A stretch of 63,373 bases of DNA, filler included, from Deltaproteobacteria bacterium (lineage in GTDB: Bacteria; JAEEML01): the NCBI GenBank assembly GCA_016283195.1. It is 8 parts of 8 records of this genome, joined end to end, with 100 filler letters (N's around TTAATTAATTAA, not from the genome) between each part and the next. Parts side by side here need not be neighbours in the genome. Positions count along the whole stretch, not along the records: positions 55,654 to 61,417 come from JAEEML010000027.1; positions 61,518 to 63,373 come from JAEEML010000135.1; 6 more parts are not named here. One strand, written 5' to 3'. The notes beneath the pieces are model-generated. The model was not told the origin of the DNA and searched no databases. It saw only the letters and a program-made list of their open reading frames with translations. Numbering within the stretch: position 1 is the stretch's first letter; the number at the start of each line of letters is the position of its first letter. Shown piece by piece: positions 56,674 to 63,373 of this stretch. A program made the translations under genes and the position numbers.

Positions 56674-59226
56674 TCAGTTATCCATATCATGACCTAGAGA
56701 TGGATCGGGCACCGGCGATTCGCTTTTACCGTTTTTCACGTTTTTGCCCAGGAAGGAAAGTATCTCATCTCTGGTCTCCGGATGCGGATCTTTAAGCCCC
56801 AGCATCTGATTCATAAAGGCCACCATTTTCACGCGCTCCTCCGGCTTATCAAAGAGAGCTTCGTGAATATTCGGATAAAGGTTTATAAGATCGACACAGC
56901 GCTCAAAAGCGGCCTGTCTGGTGGGCGGTTTACCATGTTCGGCCACCCAGCCGACATACCACGCGCGGTACTCAGCCTGGAAATAGCGATAATCTGGCAC
57001 ATTGTGATCGTCATTAACTTGGTGGCTCACTTCATGCGGGATGGTATCCAAAGCGGCCCGGCGGGCATAATTATTCTTTTTGGGAAAAACGCCGTTGCCG
57101 GCCGGAATTAGCGCTCTGTTAATAGATATGCCATTTTGGCCCGGCACGGCATAACCGATGGTAATACCGCCAAAATCGTCTTCGATATCGACAAAAGAGA
57201 GCGGGATGCTATCGGAAAGCAAGCGGGCAATAGTGTTATTAATAAGAGTTTCCTGCGCCGAGCCGGGAGCACCACCTCCCACTTCGGCCAAATAAGCTAT
57301 GGATTTTGCTGCCCGCTGTTTATCGGCTAAATCCATATTTCTAAACCAAGTGGCACTGGCAAGTTGGCGCAAACTTTTTACCGAAGCGGCATTGGGAAAG
57401 TTTTTACTCTGCGCAAGCAGCGCTTCACGCACATCGGGAGCAGCTTTGGCAAAAGCCGGCGCAGCAAGCAAATTACGCATTTCAGAAGCCATAGCGCTTT
57501 TATTCTTGCTAGCAGCAGCTGCAGCCAGGAAAAGAGTTGTCTCTTTGGGGGAATATGCGGCTTCGGCGCTAAAAATGGCTATCATATTTTGAATGCCGTT
57601 ACTATCACTGCCGGCACAAACTGCTAATAAATTCTTTTTATCGGCGCCGGCAAGTTTTCCCACCTTTTCGCTAGCCAGGAGATGCAAAACAGCACCGCTT
57701 AACGCCTCAGATTCTTTGCTTTTTTTGATATTTTGCAAGATCTGGTTGCGGTTTACTTTAGGCAAAGATTTAAAAAGCGCATTTTGTTGCAACTCTTCTA
57801 AGGAAGCCGGTTGCGGCGCCGGCAAAACATCCAAAGATAATATCAGTTCCGGCACTTTTTGGAGTATAACGCTCTGCCCGGCAGCGGTAGCGGAAAGATC
57901 TTCATTAACATTTAAGAGCGCACCGGTAAGTTCAATATCTGTGGCAAAGGCGCCAAAATTTAAGGCTAAATCGCCATCAAGCAGGCGGTCCAAAGCGTAT
58001 TGCCGGGAAAGTTGCTCTTCATATTCGGCATTATTAAGAGATATTGCGAGTTGAGAAACCAGCTCCAGAGCTTTATGTTGATACTCGGCATCGGCCGCGC
58101 CAAACCATTCGGCATTAATAAGGCGCCCCATATTATCCAGCATTCTTAGCGACATACCGTCGGCAAAAGAATCCAGTAAAGCTTTTTGCATATCCGCTGA
58201 TAAAGATTTAAAGCTGTCTGTCGCCACCAACTTAGCCAGCTCGTTAATAGCCGGGCCGTCATCGCTGATAGAGATAATAACATCGATATAAGCCAGGCGC
58301 ACTGAACGCTCAAGAGCCGTAAATTCCGGACTGTTTTGTAATGTAGCTATGGCATTAGTGGCCTGTTGGCCGCTCTGCCCGCTTTTAGCCAGCGGAATAA
58401 AAGGCACATTTATAGGCAGAGCTTTTAAAACCAGCGTCTCCAAAAAAGCGTCGTTATCCTCTTGCAAACCGGCGGCAATGCGCGGCCGATTAACGGTAAC
58501 GGTAGCATTATCCTTATCGGTATCCACCAGGGCTGTATTATCACTAAAAGCAAGCTTTATTTCGTCATTCATCAGGCTCTTTAAGGTAACATAAGAATAA
58601 GCGCTGTAATTAGTTACTTCGCCCTTCCAAACTTCGGCGGAAAGCAGGCCAATCATCTTGGTAGCCCGTTCCTGATCGGCGCCGCTAAGAGCAGAAAACC
58701 ATTTTAAATTTCCGAGGTTACCCATATTTTTGATGGATACGTCATTAGGATAAAACTTGCTCATAGCTAAAAAAGCGCTTTGGGCCGCCGGGGAAGCGAC
58801 AGCAAAAGCCGGGCCGTTAAGAGCGGTAAAAAAAGCACCTTTGGCAGCTTCATCACTTGCAAGAGCCATGAAAGCCGCAAGAGCAGCTTCTTTTTGTTCC
58901 TTTGTCAGAGGCAGTTTTTCCACATACTGTTTCATCTCTGAAGCAGAAGTAGGATAGGTACCGGCAACATTAAAAGAAGAAGCAATTTCTACATCATAGC
59001 AGGCTTTAACCATAAGAGATGCGTTTTTAGCTTTAACAGTCGCCGGGCGTAAAGGGTCATTCGCCGGTGCTTGGGCTATAGAAGCGCTCTTTTCAAAGGA
59101 GTCGCTTTGAGTTATGGGCGCAGAACTCTTTTGCTCTATAGTTTTAGGCAAAGCTTTGTCGCTTTCCAAAGCAACAGAATTAACACTATTTAGATAAGCA
59201 TTATTTCTAGAAATACCACTAACCAT
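56674..59226 (-). CDS. Large helical-repeat protein with a C-terminal zincin-like HExxH motif
   Basis: Three internal repeats with an L....WF core; IPHEVSHQVN...FQAEYRAW; no signal peptide. Confidence 0.75.
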   Translation of the reverse strand: MVSGISRNNAYLNSVNSVALESDKALPKTIEQKSSAPITQSDSFEKSASIAQAPANDPLRPATVKAKNASLMVKACYDVEIASSFNVAGTYPTSASEMKQYVEKLPLTKEQKEAALAAFMALASDEAAKGAFFTALNGPAFAVASPAAQSAFLAMSKFYPNDVSIKNMGNLGNLKWFSALSGADQERATKMIGLLSAEVWKGEVTNYSAYSYVTLKSLMNDEIKLAFSDNTALVDTDKDNATVTVNRPRIAAGLQEDNDAFLETLVLKALPINVPFIPLAKSGQSGQQATNAIATLQNSPEFTALERSVRLAYIDVIISISDDGPAINELAKLVATDSFKSLSADMQKALLDSFADGMSLRMLDNMGRLINAEWFGAADAEYQHKALELVSQLAISLNNAEYEEQLSRQYALDRLLDGDLALNFGAFATDIELTGALLNVNEDLSATAAGQSVILQKVPELILSLDVLPAPQPASLEELQQNALFKSLPKVNRNQILQNIKKSKESEALSGAVLHLLASEKVGKLAGADKKNLLAVCAGSDSNGIQNMIAIFSAEAAYSPKETTLFLAAAAASKNKSAMASEMRNLLAAPAFAKAAPDVREALLAQSKNFPNAASVKSLRQLASATWFRNMDLADKQRAAKSIAYLAEVGGGAPGSAQETLINNTIARLLSDSIPLSFVDIEDDFGGITIGYAVPGQNGISINRALIPAGNGVFPKKNNYARRAALDTIPHEVSHQVNDDHNVPDYRYFQAEYRAWYVGWVAEHGKPPTRQAAFERCVDLINLYPNIHEALFDKPEERVKMVAFMNQMLGLKDPHPETRDEILSFLGKNVKNGKSESPVPDPSLGHDMDN

Positions 59227-59338
59227 ATTCTCTCCTAATGGGCCTAGGCCGCAAAACGACCAATAGCATTATCAGCAAAAAAGCTTAACTGTTGCGCCTT
59301 TTAATCAAATAAGTTTATATCTTCTCCCGGAGGAGGCC

Positions 59339-60679
59339 ATGAAAGAAGAAAAAAAGCCGCCTATTACCTGGTTTAGCCGCCGGCCGCAGGAGGGTGCGAT
59401 TGCCCTCCTGGTGCCCGGGGATTTTTCTATTTTTGCCGCTTCTCTCGGGATTCAGCAGGTCTATCGCCTCTTAACTGATGCCGGGCTTAGTGCCGATTTG
59501 GCCTGGTGTGACAAAAGCGGGGCCATCAGCACTTACACAGGGCGCAAAATCAGCTCTTATCAGGTTATCGGCATTGCTCTTTCCTATGAGCTGGAAATAA
59601 TAAACCTCATCTCCTGCCTAAAGAAAGCCGGCATTCCTCTATTTGCCAAAGAGCGCGGCCGCTTTGACCCTATTCTCCTGGCCGGCGGCCCGCTCATCAG
59701 CATCAATAGAAAGCTGCTTATTAATATAGTCGATGCCGCTATGGTCGGCGGCGCCGAAGAAAACGTGGTTGATTTTTTTTGCGCCGCCACCGCCGGGCGG
59801 GCTGAACTTTTAAAATTTGCCCAAAGTGCCGGCAATATAGTTACCGAGAACACCATAGAAAGTGCCGCGCCGCTCATTAAACTCGGGGCCCGCCCGGCGA
59901 GCTCAATACTCACCTCTCCCATGAGCGCCTTTCCCAATATATATATGGTGGAAATTGCCCGCGGCTGCCCCAGCCGCTGCGCTTTTTGCTCTCTTAGCGC
60001 TCTTTCGGAAAAGCTGCGTTTTTTGGCCAAAGAGGCCATCCTGGAGGCGGTGCCGGAAGAAGTGCAAAAAGTGGGTCTAGTCTCGGCAACGCCCACCGAT
60101 CATCCCGATATTATGTGGATTTTGCAAAATCTCGTTAAAAATGGCAAGCGCGTTTCATTAAGCAGCCTGCGCGTGGCCTCGCTCAGCGAAGAAATGATGG
60201 ATATTTTGGTGGCCGGCGGTTTGCGCTCACTCACCATTGCCGCCGACGGCACTTCGGAGCGTCTGCGCCGCGCCGTGCACAAGCCGGTAAATAAAGCCGG
60301 CCTCCTGCGCGGGCTTACTCTGGCCCAAAAATATCAGCTAAAGAGCCTCAAAATTTATTCCATCATCGCTCTCCCCGGAGAGACAAATGAAGATTTGGAT
60401 GAATTTATCACTCTTATCCGTGAGATGCACGACATGGCCCCGCAAATTGCCTTAACATTAAGCCTCTCGCCTTTTGTGCCCAAGCCCCATACAGAACTGG
60501 GCGGGGCCGAAATCGCCCCTATAACCGAAATGCAAAGCAAGCTAAAATACATCAAAAAAGCTTTAAAAACAATATGTTCTATTGTTGGCGACGCCCCGAA
60601 AACGGCACATCTCGAATATAAGATTGCTCACAGCGCGGCTATTAGCGCAGAGAGCGTTTTAGATTTTTTAATTAACTGA
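59339..60679 (+). CDS. Radical SAM protein
   Basis: EIARGCPSRCAFC (CxxxCxxC), SSLR, SERLR, LPGET.ED, FVPKPHT. Confidence 0.9.
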   Translation: MKEEKKPPITWFSRRPQEGAIALLVPGDFSIFAASLGIQQVYRLLTDAGLSADLAWCDKSGAISTYTGRKISSYQVIGIALSYELEIINLISCLKKAGIPLFAKERGRFDPILLAGGPLISINRKLLINIVDAAMVGGAEENVVDFFCAATAGRAELLKFAQSAGNIVTENTIESAAPLIKLGARPASSILTSPMSAFPNIYMVEIARGCPSRCAFCSLSALSEKLRFLAKEAILEAVPEEVQKVGLVSATPTDHPDIMWILQNLVKNGKRVSLSSLRVASLSEEMMDILVAGGLRSLTIAADGTSERLRRAVHKPVNKAGLLRGLTLAQKYQLKSLKIYSIIALPGETNEDLDEFITLIREMHDMAPQIALTLSLSPFVPKPHTELGGAEIAPITEMQSKLKYIKKALKTICSIVGDAPKTAHLEYKIAHSAAISAESVLDFLIN

Positions 60680-60681
60680 AA

Positions 60682-61417
60682 TTATTGATAAATAACAAAT
60701 CTAATGGCGGCAAAAGCAGCAGCACTCTGATAAGCTGAAAGGACACATTCACCAAGGCTGGCTGATGTATTACCGGTTGTAGAGAGAACATATTGCTGCA
60801 ATGTTACTGAAGTTGTTGTTTTATTAGTTGGCACTATGGAACAGCGATCAAAACCGCCGGTCACTTCAGCTTGAGCCATAACTGTATAATTGGCTGAAGG
60901 AAGAGCTTTTTTGAAATTTACTACATAAACGCCGTTATCAGTGTGATTAACACTACTAATACCGATGCCTCGCGATTCTAATATGCTCGGATCACCACCA
61001 TCAGGAGCATTGGCAGGTTTAAAGCGCCCTACTATCCGCGGTAAAACAATATCAGAAGCTAATTTATTAGCAGTAACCGCATAATTGGCTATCTTTTCGG
61101 AATTAACAGCATCTTTTTTAATATCAGCGCTTTCCACACAGCCGCCGCAATCGAGATCCTGGGCTTTATCGGCTACTTCCGCCGTCACTGCCGCATTGGC
61201 ATTAATAGCGCTAGTAGCCGGGCCGCCTTTACTAGCTGAGCCGGCATAATTAAAAGCTATCTCGGTGTCACCGACACTGCCGGGAGCAATTATTAAAGAG
61301 CCGCTGCTATTGCCCACATTTTGCAAAGTGGTTTGGATTTGCGGCGCAAGCTGCGTGAGGCCTACGCAGCCTTCACATTGCAAATCTTCAGCGCTTTCGG
61401 CTTTGGCGGCTAGGATG
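60682..61417 (-). CDS. C-terminal fragment of a fibre-like/adhesin protein
   Basis: L.C.GCV repeats, AV...KIA..AVT..KLA spacer, ISSV.....GVY.VNF...L..ANY.V tip; 5' truncated. Confidence 0.6.
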
Positions 61418-61517
61418 NNNNNNNNNNNNNNNNNNNNNNNNNNNNNNNNNNNNNNNNNNNNTTAATTAATTAANNNNNNNNNNNNNNNNNNNNNNNNNNN
61501 NNNNNNNNNNNNNNNNN
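61418..61517. other. Artificial contig linker
   Basis: N44-TTAATTAATTAA-N44. Confidence 0.99.
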
Positions 61518-61846
61518 AAAAAGAGGAGGGCATTATGGCTGCCGAATTTGTACTTACATATATGAGCGGCGACAGGTTACGCTGGGCCAGGCAATTTCAG
61601 GAAGAAATGGCCGATATAGATAGGCGATCCAGTGTAGCTGCGATATTAGAAAAAGGCATGGAAAAAGGCATGGAAAAAGGCATGGAAAAAGGCATGGAAA
61701 AGGGCATGGAAAAGGGCATGGAAAAGGGCATGGAAAAGGGCATGGAAAAGGGCAAATTGCTTTTGGCCCAAAAATTCATGGCCCTTGGTCACACCAAAGA
61801 AGAAGCAGCCGAGTTTGCGGAAATAGATGTAAAATTGCTTAATTAG
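61518..61846 (+). CDS. Rpn / PD-(D/E)XK putative transposase family, C-terminal fragment
   Basis: EKGM tetrapeptide run followed by a short helical tail, typical of Rpn C-termini. Confidence 0.7.
61649..61753 (+). repeat. 12-bp coding tandem repeat (EKGM, 8 full copies plus a partial)
   Basis: 4 x GAAAAAGGCATG, then 4 x GAAAAGGGCATG, then GAAAAGGGC. Confidence 0.95.
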
Positions 61847-61957
61847 TAAAGCAAAGCCGCTTTTTCACAACTATTCAACCTTTTCTAAAAAACACTTGAC
61901 AAAATAAAATAATATACAATATAGACCTCTCAAACAGGTAGGACAAAGACAAGTTCC

Positions 61958-62007
61958 GATATGCGCTGGGGAGATGATACACCACTCGGCGAAAGCTGTG
62001 CGGTGTA
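61958..62007. repeat. Hairpin repeat family B, copy 3
   Basis: TACACCACTCGGC-GAAA-GCTGTGCGGTGTA, with a flank matching rc of 1681-1705. Confidence 0.75.
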
Positions 62008-62037
62008 TTGTGAATATGTTTATACATATTATGTATA

Positions 62038-62092
62038 ACTGCCCAGCGGCGCCCGGCTCAAAAATGGCGCGATCCGCCCGCCTGCGGCGGCG
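62038..62092. repeat. Short family A core
   Basis: CCGGCTCAAAATGGCGCGATCCGCCCGCCTGCGGCGG identical to 24283-24319. Confidence 0.85.
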
Positions 62093-62317
62093 AGTGGATA
62101 AACAAGCAACTGCCTGCAGGGCCCCAGCGAGGCGCCGGGAAAACTCAATAGACCTTGCGGCTTTGGCCGTGAGGTCTATCGTTTGGCAGGCTGCCAGTAT
62201 TTAATCCTGCTCTCGTGCGTTTTAGCCGTTGGCGAACTGCGGAAGGGGCTTTGGGCCCAAAATATAGCAAATAGACGCTCACAACGATAAGCAGCGGAAA
62301 TTATTACTCAGAAGCTG

Positions 62318-62965
62318 TTAATAATCTTCTTTTATAAAAGTTCTTATTGCCGCATTGCCGACAATATTTGTTGAAACACCGTCAAAAATACCGCCCACAG
62401 CAGCTCCCAAGAAAGGCACGGCTTTGGCCAGATTTATGGCGCCTTTGGACCCGAATTTGGTTACCAGCCGAAAGCCGACAGCCTGGTTTATTTTGGTGAG
62501 CATTTTACCGGATAGCAGGGGCAGCAGTTTTTTTGTGGTCAATTTTTCGACTATTTGTATTCCGGCTTTTTTGGCAATTTGTTCTATGGATTCACCAAGG
62601 AGACAGCATTTGGCTATTACTTTGATTCTGTCATCGTTTAAATCAATATTGGGATTACTGATATAAGCGATGGCGGCAACCATGCGTATTTGCAGGGCTA
62701 ATACACTGGCTACATTGGCCGGAAGAGCAACCGCCATAGTTACAAATCCTCCGAGACTGGTGATGGCACCATCGGCAAAGGCTTTGGTGTTTTGCTATCT
62801 GACCAAAGCTTCGGCAGCTTCCAGCAGCGTTTGGTAATCAGCATCATTTAAATATGATCTTGCGAGTTCGCTCGCAGAATCAAATCAGGGAACTGAACCT
62901 GTTACAACACCGTCATAGATTGAATCAATGGCTTTTAAGACTAAGCTTTGGTCTTCACTCATCAT
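62318..62965 (-). pseudogene. EcsC family protein with two in-frame nonsense codons
   Basis: AAGGAG RBS and ATG at 62965; in-frame TGA (62885-62887) and TAG (62795-62797); downstream LPANV...QIRMVAAIA and KINQAVGFRLVTKFG.KG.INL.K.VP motifs. Confidence 0.85.
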
Positions 62966-63004
62966 ATTCTCCTTTGGCACAGGTAAGCACCCCAAAATTT
63001 TCGC

Positions 63005-63373
63005 TTATTGTTGGAACTCCTGACTGGGGCACTCTTCTGCCAAGGGCAAATCTTCATTATGTTCAAAAACAGCTCCCAAAAGAAGCGGCACCATAAAAAA
63101 TACAGCAGCCAAATAACGAAGTATAATAATTGGTACAAAAGAACAGACAAAGATATAAATTAAGCAGCAAACAGCTGGAGTAATAAAGATATAACGTTTG
63201 CGCCAAAGCAAATAACCCAGGGAGAAAATCGTAAGCCACAAATAGAAAGCTGGTGAAAAAAACAGTGATATAAGCGGTATTTTTTCAAAAGAATAATAGA
63301 GGCCGATTTTTTCATACCAGCCAGCTAAGCCAGGAATAAGTGATTTTATAGTACCTGGTTTGGCCAGGCTCAA
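63005..63373 (-). CDS. Integral membrane protein, C-terminal fragment
   Basis: Several hydrophobic helices; IP.IS.FFSP..Y.W and P...LRY motifs; cut by the window edge. Confidence 0.65.
   Translation of the reverse strand: MSLAKPGTIKSLIPGLAGWYEKIGLYYSFEKIPLISLFFSPAFYLWLTIFSLGYLLWRKRYIFITPAVCCLIYIFVCSFVPIIILRYLAAVFFMVPLLLGAVFEHNEDLPLAEECPSQEFQQ

Noticed and set aside
61896-61925. Sigma-70 promoter TTGACA...TACAAT
   Set aside because: The spacer is only 13 bp and no clear downstream gene exists, so it is not called.
62795-62887. Stop-codon reassignment, selenocysteine or pyrrolysine in ecsC
   Set aside because: TGA and TAG terminate conserved genes elsewhere (glyS TGA, dnaB TAG); nonsense mutation is simpler.

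Overview
The window joins 8 separate contigs with 100-bp artificial linkers (N44-TTAATTAATTAA-N44), so adjacency across a linker means nothing. The content looks like a draft or metagenome-assembled genome from a deltaproteobacterial/Myxococcota-like bacterium (inferred from a vegetative-protein-like Cys motif, an AglZ-like pseudo-receiver coiled coil and a Cys-rich matrixin). Housekeeping genes are queD-hslV-hslU, a split metH, glyQS, ftsY, rny, dnaB, an RpoH-type sigma factor, ldhA, comEC, an AlgI/AlgJ-type O-acyltransferase cluster and tRNA-Arg(ACG). Accessory islets (about 1-7.3 kb, 23.8-28.7 kb, 52.3-53.0 kb, 61.5-63.0 kb) carry many Fibrobacter-major-paralogous-domain (FISUMP) surface proteins, toxin-antitoxin-type genes and pseudogenes, linked by a family of modular palindromic intergenic repeats. 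Three observations stand out. (1) A roughly 205-nt candidate structured ncRNA with nested long-range stems and a pseudoknot lies directly after a DIP1984-family gene. (2) A repeated intergenic element sits four times, in the same relative orientation, between a secreted/FISUMP gene and a divergently transcribed TA or accessory gene. (3) A 3.7-kb contig with exact 141-bp terminal repeats encodes one circularly permuted giant lipoprotein.
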